Positions 1 to 8,790 of a stretch of 64,000 nucleotides of DNA are shown here, piece after piece; position 1 is the stretch's first letter, and every line of letters begins with the position of its first letter. The position numbers and the translations under genes were made by a program. Below the pieces are notes generated by a model. It was given only the letters and a program-made list of their open reading frames with translations. It did no database searches and had not been told where the DNA came from. The DNA lies in contig CAXXQS010000002.1 of assembly GCA_963674735.2 (NCBI GenBank), positions 1,536,001 to 1,600,000 on the forward strand, in the 5' to 3' direction. The DNA comes from Myxococcota bacterium. GTDB taxonomy: Bacteria > Myxococcota_A > SURF-8.

Positions 1-258
1 TGGAATCCTCGGATCTTTCCGTTTAGGACCGGACCGAACGTAATCACCCAAGTATTCGCAATCCGACTCCCACACTTCGTCTTCGGACATATCATCGGTC
101 AGACGGGAAAGACTTTCCCTTTTTCGTTTCGTGTATTCCGCCCTCAAACGAGGATCGGTCAAATCTTCATCTTCCGGTCCCCAATCGAGGTCTTCGGAAG
201 GTTCGTCACATAACTCGGAAGGGTTTTCCTTATTAGGTTTCTTTGGATTCATCGCCAT
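1..258 (-). CDS. Hypothetical acidic protein, partial (runs off the left edge)
   Basis: Manual translation from ATG at 258 gives MAMNPKKPNKENPSELCDEPSEDLDWGPED..., open to position 1. Not in the ORF track because no stop lies in the window. Confidence 0.45.
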   Translation of the reverse strand, partial: MAMNPKKPNKENPSELCDEPSEDLDWGPEDEDLTDPRLRAEYTKRKRESLSRLTDDMSEDEVWESDCEYLGDYVRSGPKRKDPRIP

Positions 259-390
259 CTTTTCTTCGGTGCATTCGGGTGCAACAACATGGGCAAGTCT
301 ATCGAAATGAGACAAACTTGACAAGAACAACGAAATGGATTAATCAAAGAAGAACAAGGAACTTTGAAATAATCAAGATTCCAGGGAGAC

Positions 391-435
391 TTCGTAATCA
401 GCAGGTCAGGAGTTCGAATCTCCTCGTTGGCTCCA
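391..435 (+). mobile_element. 3' fragment of tRNA-Thr(CGT), att-like integration junction
   Basis: TTCGTAA (anticodon loop CGT), TCAGC, variable loop, T-arm AGGAG-TTCGAAT-CTCCT, acceptor 3' strand ending CCA. Upstream GAGAC cannot pair with TCAGC and there is no D-arm or 5' acceptor strand. Confidence 0.85.
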
Positions 436-443
436 GTAATTAC

Positions 444-476
444 AGCCACTTAGAAATATTCTAGGTGGCTTTTTTT
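444..476 (+). terminator. Intrinsic terminator after the tRNA fragment
   Basis: AGCCACTTAGAA/TTCTAGGTGGCT hairpin followed by a T run. Confidence 0.75.
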
Positions 477-484
477 GTGCCTCG

Positions 485-502
485 TTGACAAATATTGACA
501 AA
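485..502. repeat. Tandem TTGACAAA direct repeat, possible integrase arm-type sites
   Basis: TTGACAAA at 485-492 and 495-502. Related GAGACAAA (309-316) and TTGACAAG (318-325) lie on the other side of the tRNA fragment. Confidence 0.5.
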
Positions 503-554
503 GTTGCAGGGGGATTCTTTTAACAACGATCTGCGTAAGAGGCATCATGGATCA

Positions 555-1175
555 CTACTTTGAGAGGACTTTTGAATTCTCAACATTCGAAGATCGGGAT
601 TTGAATAATCTTTTAGAAATCTTATAGACCAAGATTGAAATACCTGCCGCAATTCCAAAAGACAATGAAAGCATCAAGAGGTCTGAACCAAACCTAAGCC
701 TAAAAACCTTATCAACCAAAATCACTATCAATATAGAAGCTGGAATATAAGAAACAAGACCTGCGATAAAATAAGATGATCCAGATTTGCGGGCTATGAT
801 GGTAGCCAACCATATGCCGAGAGTAAAAAGGCATACGCCAATGACACCCCACATGATATAGGATACGACTGTTACTTTATTTGTAAAGAATACAATAAAA
901 GATATGTTTATACCAATGATTATTACAGCAACTATACTTCCAATACTCCATTTGTTACGAACCGTAATGATAATCAAAGCTAAGCCAATAGGTGGCATGA
1001 CCAACATCAATACAAAAGGAAGGTCGTGGAAAGCTAGTAGCGTAACAATAGTGCCAATCAAGACTACGGAAAATACAAAGCCTACCATTCTCTTTGAAAG
1101 TTTCACATAGGGATCGGAGTCAAAACCAAGCTCGTTTTCCTTATCACTGTGGTTTGCATCTATTTTTTCTGTCAT
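555..1175 (-). CDS. Hypothetical multi-pass membrane protein
   Basis: ORF with about 6 hydrophobic segments. ATG at 1175 follows a G-rich RBS. AT-rich. Confidence 0.7.
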   Translation of the reverse strand: MTEKIDANHSDKENELGFDSDPYVKLSKRMVGFVFSVVLIGTIVTLLAFHDLPFVLMLVMPPIGLALIIITVRNKWSIGSIVAVIIIGINISFIVFFTNKVTVVSYIMWGVIGVCLFTLGIWLATIIARKSGSSYFIAGLVSYIPASILIVILVDKVFRLRFGSDLLMLSLSFGIAAGISILVYKISKRLFKSRSSNVENSKVLSK

Positions 1176-1187
1176 CGCCCCCCCCAC

Positions 1188-1880
1188 TTAGTCTCTACGA
1201 ACGCACGGAGAGCAGCCATTGTGGTTGCTACCCCACTTAGCTTCGTTCTTTCGCTCTGCTTCATAAAACGCTTCGTGCATATCACTAGCCCGAATTTCAT
1301 ATGTCATATTAAAAAGTAAGGCAGCCGGCCAAATACCACGGAGGTGCTCACAATTGCAATGATAAGTTCGAAGTGCGTTCATGGCACGTCTCGTCTCTTC
1401 TTTAGCTGCCATCTCTTCCCTGATTCGTATAATTTCCTTTTTCAGTTCTATTTCCCTTTGTTCCGCTTTTTGTGCGGCTTGGAGTTGTCTTTCAGAATTT
1501 TTGTGAGATTCATGTATCATCAAACCGGAACCAATAACCAGAACGCATAGAATTGCTGCTGTAGCCTTGTATATTGGGTTGATCATGAACAAACCGGTTA
1601 CGGGCATCGCGAAACCGAATGTGGCATAGGTTACCCAACGAGTAAATAAGGCCGATTCAGTGATCTTTGGTTGAACTTTAAGAGTCCAGACTCTTCCTAG
1701 TAAAACCAGTATTCCGAAAACAATCGCAATGCAAATAGCACCGAATATTAGAATAAGCTCGACCGTATGATCTCTAGTAAATACAGCTAGAATTATAGAT
1801 GCAAAGCAAATCAGGCAGGTCACCCCAATCAACATGGGGGCAAAAGCAAAACCGAATTTCCTTGATCTTTCAGTGTCCAT
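1188..1880 (-). CDS. Hypothetical membrane protein with coiled coil and Cys/His-rich C-terminus
   Basis: About 4 TM segments, then an E/K/Q-rich helix, then YHCNCEH...GCSPC. Confidence 0.7.
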   Translation of the reverse strand: MDTERSRKFGFAFAPMLIGVTCLICFASIILAVFTRDHTVELILIFGAICIAIVFGILVLLGRVWTLKVQPKITESALFTRWVTYATFGFAMPVTGLFMINPIYKATAAILCVLVIGSGLMIHESHKNSERQLQAAQKAEQREIELKKEIIRIREEMAAKEETRRAMNALRTYHCNCEHLRGIWPAALLFNMTYEIRASDMHEAFYEAERKNEAKWGSNHNGCSPCVRRD

Positions 1881-2277
1881 TTCTTTCCATTGCGAATTTA
1901 GGTATGATGTGCATTTGTAAACTTCATGGATTGTTCAGATACTAGCTAATGGCAGATTATTTTTCAAGGTATTTGTGTTATCTTCATCACCTACAGATCA
2001 CCATTCCCCATCCTTTTACATAACCCGAGTACCGACCGGGCGAATTCAGTCACGGCGGGATCTTCGTGGGAGATGAAAGCAACGAAATAAACAGAAGTCC
2101 TAAAACAACAAATGATGTTGAATTTTCCATTTTACCTCTAATCAAAAAACAAAGATAACCGTGTTTGTGACAGCCTCACCACTCTACCATAGCCTGCCAA
2201 CAATCTTTTTGGTTTACAAGATACATTCAACTTTGTCTTGATTAGCGCAGTATAATAGGTGTTGCCTAGCCAATGGC

Positions 2278-3489
2278 TCATTTTTCCAACCGAGTAAACG
2301 GGTTCCCACCCATCAGGTAGACATACGTGGTCGCCCAGTTGGCCAGAACGGCCACCACGCCGAACAGCACCGTACCGAGACTCATCAAGGCCCAGCCGCT
2401 CATGATGTTGCCCACCACGCACCCTTTGGCCAGTGCCGCGCCCGTGCCGACCAGGAAACCGCCAAGCAAGGCAATCAGCACCTGATCGGGTGGTTTGGGC
2501 AGAAGTTTTGCTTGTCCGGACAAACGCGCTGAAGTATGTGAACCCAGTACAAGCGCCGCCACTGATAGCACTAGCCACCAGACCACCTTTTTCTGTGGTT
2601 TGGGAGATGTTGGCTTGGCATCCGATACCACCGGTTTGGAATCGGGTTTCTCGTAAACATGTTGGATGGCGGAGTCTGTGACCAGCACCTGCGTGAACAG
2701 CACGCCGTGGGTGACGCCGAGCGGATAGTTGCGTCCGCTGGCTGCGGACGACAGATAGGCGACAATGGCGAGCAAGCCGATGGCCATCCCCGCCTGCCAG
2801 GGTTTCCATGGATGGGTCAACCAGCCGCGCATCCCTTTTGCTACTCTCTGTTGAGGTTTAGCGTCGGCGTGCTTTCGGTTTCGTAAGACAAGAACGATGA
2901 TCGTCGCCACGGCGAAAAAGATTGCCAGCGTCCAGTAAGAGACACCGAGAAGAGCGAAAAGGCTCAGTGGGCCGCCGTCCGGCGCGGTCGTTGTCACGGA
3001 TTTCATGCCGTTGTAGATTCCCTTCAGCGGGCCGTACTCCACCAGTGAGACGCCCAACGGAATACCGACCAGCGCCACGATGGAGTTTAGATTGCCCGCT
3101 CCCGCTTTGTACAGGCAACCCGACACGCAGCCGCCTGCCAGCACCATGCCGACGCCGAAGATGGCACCGCCGATCAGGTAGTTCAGCCACCACATCGGCT
3201 TGACGGCAAGGCTGATGAGATCCAGCCCGTTCAGCAAGGCGAAGCCGAGCATGGAGACGACGATCACCGTCCAAATGCCGAAGATCTTGGACCAGGACTT
3301 CATCAGCAGCACTTCGCTGAAGGCGCTTGAGCCGCACAGGTCGCCTTTTTGCAAAAAGAACCCGAACAGAAAGCCAACCGGCAAGGCGGTCAGTACCCAG
3401 AGCTTGGTTACAAACGCCGTCGCCAGCGTGGCGACGAGAAACAGAAAGCCAAAAAGCGCCCATCCCTTCCATGAATGATTATTGGACAT
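2278..3489 (-). CDS. YeeE/YedE (thiosulfate/sulfur transporter) family membrane protein
   Basis: Conserved Cys motifs GDLCGSS, GMVLAGGCVSGCL and GAALAKGCVVG; polytopic. ATG at 3489 follows AGAGGTG. Confidence 0.88.
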   Translation of the reverse strand: MSNNHSWKGWALFGFLFLVATLATAFVTKLWVLTALPVGFLFGFFLQKGDLCGSSAFSEVLLMKSWSKIFGIWTVIVVSMLGFALLNGLDLISLAVKPMWWLNYLIGGAIFGVGMVLAGGCVSGCLYKAGAGNLNSIVALVGIPLGVSLVEYGPLKGIYNGMKSVTTTAPDGGPLSLFALLGVSYWTLAIFFAVATIIVLVLRNRKHADAKPQQRVAKGMRGWLTHPWKPWQAGMAIGLLAIVAYLSSAASGRNYPLGVTHGVLFTQVLVTDSAIQHVYEKPDSKPVVSDAKPTSPKPQKKVVWWLVLSVAALVLGSHTSARLSGQAKLLPKPPDQVLIALLGGFLVGTGAALAKGCVVGNIMSGWALMSLGTVLFGVVAVLANWATTYVYLMGGNPFTRLEK

Positions 3490-3518
3490 TCGACACCTCT
3501 TTGGTTTGGTCACTCATC

Positions 3519-3596
3519 TCACGATCCTTCCTTGCAGGTTTGCGCGTGTTTCAGTTGCGGCCAGTATTTGCGTCCCAGCCACAAGGTAACGTTCAT
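3519..3596 (-). pseudogene. Possible 3' stub of an Acr3-type arsenite transporter gene
   Basis: Translates MNVTLWLGRKYWPQLKHAQTCKEGS*, resembling the Acr3 C-terminal 'VNVALW..RKY'. No upstream continuation. Confidence 0.35.
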
Positions 3597-3825
3597 TCCC
3601 GATATAATCAAATGCTACTTGCCGCCGCCGAGGTGGGGGCAATACCACTCTTCGCTTTTCCCTAAGGATATCAACGAAATTACCTCATAGATCATTGCAT
3701 AGCTGCGCCGTGACCCATCGACGCGACACATTTGCACCCGAGCTTCGCACCAGGCGGGCAGGCGTCCGGTGACCGATGGTTACTGCTCGATGATCACGCG
3801 GTCGTAATAGGTGTAGTATGGGGTG

Positions 3826-3865
3826 ATATAACAGAAAACTCAGAGTCGTTTTGGGGGGCAGGTCA
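3826..3865. mobile_element. Orphan IS3-family-like terminal inverted repeat
   Basis: Reverse complement begins TGACCTGCCCCCCAAAA, typical of IS3-family ends. No transposase adjacent. Confidence 0.4.
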
Positions 3866-4200
3866 GCTGTCAAAAATAATCAAGTAATATCAGACTAGAT
3901 CGACTTCCTTAGATCTGCAATATTCCACACACAATCCCTCAGTTTATTCGAAGAATATCAGCGAAACTTCCTAATAGATTATATATCGAATAAAAAGCTA
4001 TAGTTATGTTGGGAGATAGGTGGAGAACCTTTACACCAAATTGCTCAAACAGCTGAGCCAAAGTAAATATTATATGAGTTTTCTTTCATTTGAAGTAGCA
4101 ATGGTCGGGTTTAGCATTCTGGCACTGTTGGTTTTTCGGCCTCATATTCTCAACCGGTATGAACGCGACTTGGTGTTCAGTATACGATAGGAGAGTAAAA

Positions 4201-4407
4201 ATGATCAGAATAAATTGGTCTCTCGTAGCCATTTTAATCCTGCTATGGGGAGTTGGGATGGCCACCGATGTAACTTTTGGCGGCGGACTCCACCTAGTTG
4301 GTGTTGCCGCGATTGTGTTTACAATCATGTTGCTCCTCAGTGGGCGCTCAACGAACTCGGATTCCAAAGCAGCAAAAGCAGCCCGAGACAAAGCCTTTAG
4401 AAGATAG
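4201..4407 (+). CDS. Small lmo0937/DUF5670-like membrane protein
   Basis: WSLVAILILLWGVGM..TFGGGLHLVGVAAIV..LLSGR pattern; AGGAG RBS before ATG 4201. Confidence 0.7.
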   Translation: MIRINWSLVAILILLWGVGMATDVTFGGGLHLVGVAAIVFTIMLLLSGRSTNSDSKAAKAARDKAFRR

Positions 4408-4469
4408 TGAGAATTGAAAACCAAGCTGATGCGCTTTGGTAGAGAGACAAGTAATGATTATTTGTAAAC

Positions 4470-4781
4470 GGCACATCTTCAGCGAAACTGGGAAAGAATG
4501 AGGTGTTTTCCTAAGGGAGATCTTGATCCGTTTGAGTTGCGTTACGGTCCCGGTGATTTCGGTTCATGATCTTTCGGTTTTCAAAGGTTCTGCGTCTCAA
4601 TTCGGCTCGTGTTCGTAATATCTCCACCTTCCTGCCGAAGTATATGTCATCCGGCGTGACACGTGACGTTGCCAAGCGCTTCGTGGTAGCGGCGGCTGTT
4701 GTGCCAATCCACGAAGGCCCGGATCTCGTCCTGGATCTGGATCGGCATCTCGTGGACGTTGAGGTTGTCGGATGACGTACA
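4470..4781 (-). mobile_element. Internally deleted, frameshifted IS481/IS3-type (rve) transposase remnant
   Basis: Minus strand encodes DEIRAFVDWHNSRRYHEALGNVT, then after a frameshift PDDIYFGRKVEILRTRAELRRRT. TGTACGTCATCCGACAAC end at 4764-4781 and a degenerate partner at 4470-4487. Confidence 0.7.
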
Positions 4782-4975
4782 TCCTGCCATTATACAAATG
4801 ATCGACATGGCGAAAAGCGCTGTGAGATGAAACATATTCCTTACGCTCGGATAACGAGGTTTTCTAAGGCTGGTATCGGGAATCCCATCTACGCATTAAC
4901 CCCGTGTCCAGCTTTCGCAGACGGCAAGTATAACTCGGTGCTTATGGTATAGGGACACGCGAAGAGCGGAACCGA

Positions 4976-5779
4976 TCACAAATACTGCTTCCTCTCTTCG
5001 CCCCGAACGTAGGCGTAAAGTCCGATATACTGTCTTAAAGGACTGGAATTGATCTTGGCCATCAGAACTTCCTCAACCTGGAAAAGACCTACTGAGCTGT
5101 TCATCTCGACATTGATTCTCAAAGGCCGTTTCTCGCCCGGCTGAAAGGAAACCCGGTCGATGGCGTCGGCGGAGTATTTGTGGATGTCACCCACGCGCGA
5201 TTCCTTGTTGAACAGCATTGGAATGCGGGCCCGGCCTTTCTCCATGTCGCAGCCGTCTCCCACCAGCAAAACCCCTGCTTCCAGTGAAAAAACCGGGTTG
5301 GTGGCCATGTGGCCGCTTATGCACTCCAGAACCAGCGAGCGCAGAATCACCTGCATCTTCCGGTCGCCTGCATAGATCTTCGAAAGAATCCGCTCGATAA
5401 TCGGCATGCTTAAGAAAATACCTGAATTCTCGTGTCCGGACCGGGAGACAGTCATTCCAATGTCGTGAAGAAAGGCCGCCATGATCACGGCTATGGTCGA
5501 ATCCTCGAAAGTCCCGATTCCTTCCGTCTGTAGGTTCAGTGCGATGCCCTGATCATTGAGAATGTTCATGATTTCGATGCAGTTTTTCGCTACGGTGCGC
5601 ATGTGCACCGGGCCGTGGTCGTTGTATCCAAGGCGTTTGATGGAAACCGTGTTAGCGTAGTCCTGCAGATGCTGGATTTCCTCGTCGCCGATCAGCAGTT
5701 CCAGCGTCAGCCGAGCTTTTCCAACAAGCCTGTTGAGCAGTTTCTTTTCCAGGGAGATCTGTTTACCGGATTTCTTCAT
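4976..5779 (-). CDS. HD-superfamily metal-dependent phosphohydrolase
   Basis: NDHGPVH, FLHDIG, later H and GDGCD motifs. Confidence 0.85.
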   Translation of the reverse strand: MKKSGKQISLEKKLLNRLVGKARLTLELLIGDEEIQHLQDYANTVSIKRLGYNDHGPVHMRTVAKNCIEIMNILNDQGIALNLQTEGIGTFEDSTIAVIMAAFLHDIGMTVSRSGHENSGIFLSMPIIERILSKIYAGDRKMQVILRSLVLECISGHMATNPVFSLEAGVLLVGDGCDMEKGRARIPMLFNKESRVGDIHKYSADAIDRVSFQPGEKRPLRINVEMNSSVGLFQVEEVLMAKINSSPLRQYIGLYAYVRGEERKQYL

Positions 5780-5998
5780 ATATCACTGTTCCTCGATAGA
5801 GAATGTGAGCGTAGATAAACCGACATCACTGTACACGCCTTACAAACAATTTTCCAATGATTGGATCTCCTTTCCAGGACGGCAAGTTGGTCCGTACCGG
5901 ATGCACAACCCGCCGCAGAAACGCCGTTTACACTCAAACCCAAATTCAGGGCGTGCGGCTCTGTTTGGTGTGGAGGGGTGGATCAAGTCCGTCCCAAC

Positions 5999-7429
5999 TT
6001 ACAAGACGACTTTTCCCGTATCACCGTTGCGGTAGCCGCACTCCTCACCGTTCCAGCAGTAGAGGCATAGTTTTTCCCTTGGAAGCCCAATTGCCTCAAT
6101 CATGTCGTCCATTCGTTGGTAGCGGATCGAGTCTACCTTCAGGTAATCGGTGATCCACGCCACCAGTTTTTCGTAACCCGCGGAATCCTCCTCCATGTAC
6201 TGGTCCAAATTCTTCGAGGGGTCACCTTCTATGGAGCGTATTGCTTTTCGTACGACCAATTCTTCTAGCGACCGCGTAGACAATGCGTATTTGCAAGGAA
6301 ACATCAAAGGCGGGCAGGCGGCACGAAGATGCACTTCCTTGGCTCCGGCGTCGCGCAGCTTCTGAATGGTGTAGTTTTTCAGCTGCGTACCGCGTACGAT
6401 CGAATCCTCACACAACACGATCCGGTTGCCGTTGATAACCTGAGGGACTGGGATGAGCTTCATTTTGGCCACCTGATCGCGAACGAACTGGTTCGGTGGA
6501 ATGTAGCTGCGTCCATAGCCGGGCGTGTACTTGACCAGCACTCGGCGATACGGAATGTGGGATTCCATAGCATAGCCAATGCCGTGTCCAACTCCCGAGT
6601 CCGGAACGCCGGTGACCAGATCGGCTTCTACCGAATCCCGCCTAGCCAGTATTCCACCACTGCGCTCCCGAACCTCTTCCACACTGATTCCTTCGTAGGT
6701 CGAAGCCGGGTACCCGGTGTAAATCCATAAAAACGAGCAGATTTTCATCTCCTCACAGGGGGATTTCAGCACCTGGTAGCCGTCTTCGTTGATGCGCACT
6801 ATTTCCCCAGGCCCGATTTCCTTGATCTGCTTGAAGCCTAGGTTAACAAACGCACTGGATTCGGACGCTACCATGAAGTCTCCGTCATCTTCGCCGATGG
6901 CCAACGGCGTGCGGCCGAGCTTGTCCCTGGCGGCATAAATGCCGTCTTCTGTCAGAATCAGCAGCGAGGCTGAACCTTCGATTACGCTGTAGATCAACGA
7001 AATGCCTTCGGTGAGATCTTTTCCCTTATCGAGGATCTTGGCTAGGACTTCAACTGAATTGATGTCCTGATTGCTGGTTTCGGTGAAGACGGACCCGCGC
7101 TCGAACAGTGCATGGGTGATCGCCTTTCGGTTCTGCACCAGGCCAGCACTGGCGACGGCGTACGTTCCAAAACGCGAATGCACCAGAAGCGGCTGGGCGT
7201 CGCGATCGCTTATAACGCCGATGCCCATGTTGCCTTCCATCTCCGCCATTAGTTCGCCGAACTTCGACTTGAACTGGCCTTGGGATATATCATGAATTTT
7301 TTTACGGAATCCATTACCGTACATAGCCAATCCCGCCAGCTGGCTACCGAGATGGGAATGGTAGTCGGTGCCATAGAATAATTTCTGCCCACACCCGTTT
7401 TTGCTGACTACGCCACACAGTCCGCTCAT
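5999..7429 (-). CDS. purF: Amidophosphoribosyltransferase (PurF) homologue, Cys1-lacking clade
   Basis: Ntn domain (AARDKLGRTPL, VASES), GVPDSG, PRPP loop VLCEDSIVRGT, Fe-S Cys (ICSF, PCKY, LCLYC); AAGGAG RBS. Confidence 0.88.
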   Translation of the reverse strand: MSGLCGVVSKNGCGQKLFYGTDYHSHLGSQLAGLAMYGNGFRKKIHDISQGQFKSKFGELMAEMEGNMGIGVISDRDAQPLLVHSRFGTYAVASAGLVQNRKAITHALFERGSVFTETSNQDINSVEVLAKILDKGKDLTEGISLIYSVIEGSASLLILTEDGIYAARDKLGRTPLAIGEDDGDFMVASESSAFVNLGFKQIKEIGPGEIVRINEDGYQVLKSPCEEMKICSFLWIYTGYPASTYEGISVEEVRERSGGILARRDSVEADLVTGVPDSGVGHGIGYAMESHIPYRRVLVKYTPGYGRSYIPPNQFVRDQVAKMKLIPVPQVINGNRIVLCEDSIVRGTQLKNYTIQKLRDAGAKEVHLRAACPPLMFPCKYALSTRSLEELVVRKAIRSIEGDPSKNLDQYMEEDSAGYEKLVAWITDYLKVDSIRYQRMDDMIEAIGLPREKLCLYCWNGEECGYRNGDTGKVVL

Positions 7430-8418
7430 GAATGCTCCTTATTCCTTTTGGGTCTATTCCAGAATATCACATTTGAAAAAGCCTAGAGTGTAACGGGGCA
7501 AAATGCAACTATTGAATTATGGAATTATCAGTCCGGCATCGGATTTTCCTGATACGTCTTTAGGGAGGTTCTGGCCCGGACTACAGCGGCGATGTCCCAA
7601 ACGCCTGGGCAAGCGCCCTCGGATTGGGGTTTGACCTAATTTTTTCTCATGCATAATGGCACTGAAATGGGGAGCACTCCAGTTGCTTGTCGTTAGTCAT
7701 CATCCAGGTTATGAATCCTACAAGCTTTTATCAGATTGTCCACATTCGAGACATGTTTGATGAAGCGTAACCCAGCGGCTTGTGGCCTCGGTATGAAGGA
7801 AAAGCTTGATACTCTGAGTAGCTTGAACGACGGCAACAACACATGAATAGGACAGCACCGCACCGTGCGCGCCACCGCTCCACCAAAGGGATGCTGCCGC
7901 GCCAATATCGTGCAGATCCAAACGAATCGGCATCGACGAATCGGAAAACGTTTGTCGATTGGAAGCGATGTGGTCTTGGTAAAGAAGAAGGACATGTCTT
8001 CTTCCGCCATAGAAGGGTTGCGGCATGTAGGATTGTTGGCGGGTTGGTTGGTGGGATTACAATCAGTTCGTTTTCTTCTTCAGTCGTTTGGCCGTCTTAT
8101 CGAACAGCTTACCGGTCAAGATTGCCATGGCCTGCACCACGGCAGCTGTCAAAATACGAGTGACGGTCGGGACAATTCTATCCGACGTCCCGAAAGGGGC
8201 TTTTGTTGATCCTTTTCTTGGGCGGTTCCCGAGTTTTCGGACCCACGGCCATGCAGCTCGGATCGTTCCGGAAAAGCTGAGCTTTCGGGACATCTTCACC
8301 TCGCGGGAGCTGCCTGCTCATCTGGCTGTTGATCCAGCGCGAAAAGTTGATTCGAAAGGGCGAGTCGTGTACGCTAACAACAGCTCGTTGGGAAGCATCC
8401 AAAAAGCGAGAGTTCACA

Positions 8419-8787
8419 ATGACTGACAGGAAAACGGTTCTTCTGGTGGATGATGAAAAGGAATTTGCCGATGCTCTTGCCAAAAGGCTTGAACGTCGGA
8501 ATTTCTGCGTCAAAATTGCGTATTCAGCTTCGGAGGTGCTGCGCTTAGCCCAAAATGACGTGATATCCGCCACGATTCCGGACGTGAACCTGCCTGCCGG
8601 CAATGGCCATGCACTGCTCGATGACATCTCGTCCATTCACCCTGAAATCAAAGCAATCATACTGACAGGATATGGCAACATACTAAAAGCTTTTCACCTT
8701 GTAAAAATGGGACTTTGCGCCTATTTCAGTAAACCTTGCGACACCGAAGAGTTGACGATGGCGCTATCCAACGCTTTGGAAGAATAG
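8419..8787 (+). CDS. Single-domain response regulator receiver
   Basis: VLLVDDE, DVNLP, ILTGYG, YFSKP. Confidence 0.85.
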   Translation: MTDRKTVLLVDDEKEFADALAKRLERRNFCVKIAYSASEVLRLAQNDVISATIPDVNLPAGNGHALLDDISSIHPEIKAIILTGYGNILKAFHLVKMGLCAYFSKPCDTEELTMALSNALEE

Positions 8788-8790
8788 CGG

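Noticed and set aside
360-435. Intact tRNA-Thr gene
   Set aside because: The 5' half (acceptor, D-arm, 5' anticodon stem) is absent; kept only as an att-like fragment.
7560-7620. ZTP (pfl) riboswitch suggested by CGCCTGGGC near purF
   Set aside because: The motif is on the strand opposite purF and the 5' GACTGGCG domain is missing.
7693-8426. Several short overlapping ORFs on both strands
   Set aside because: No recognisable motifs or clear RBS, so a real frame cannot be chosen.
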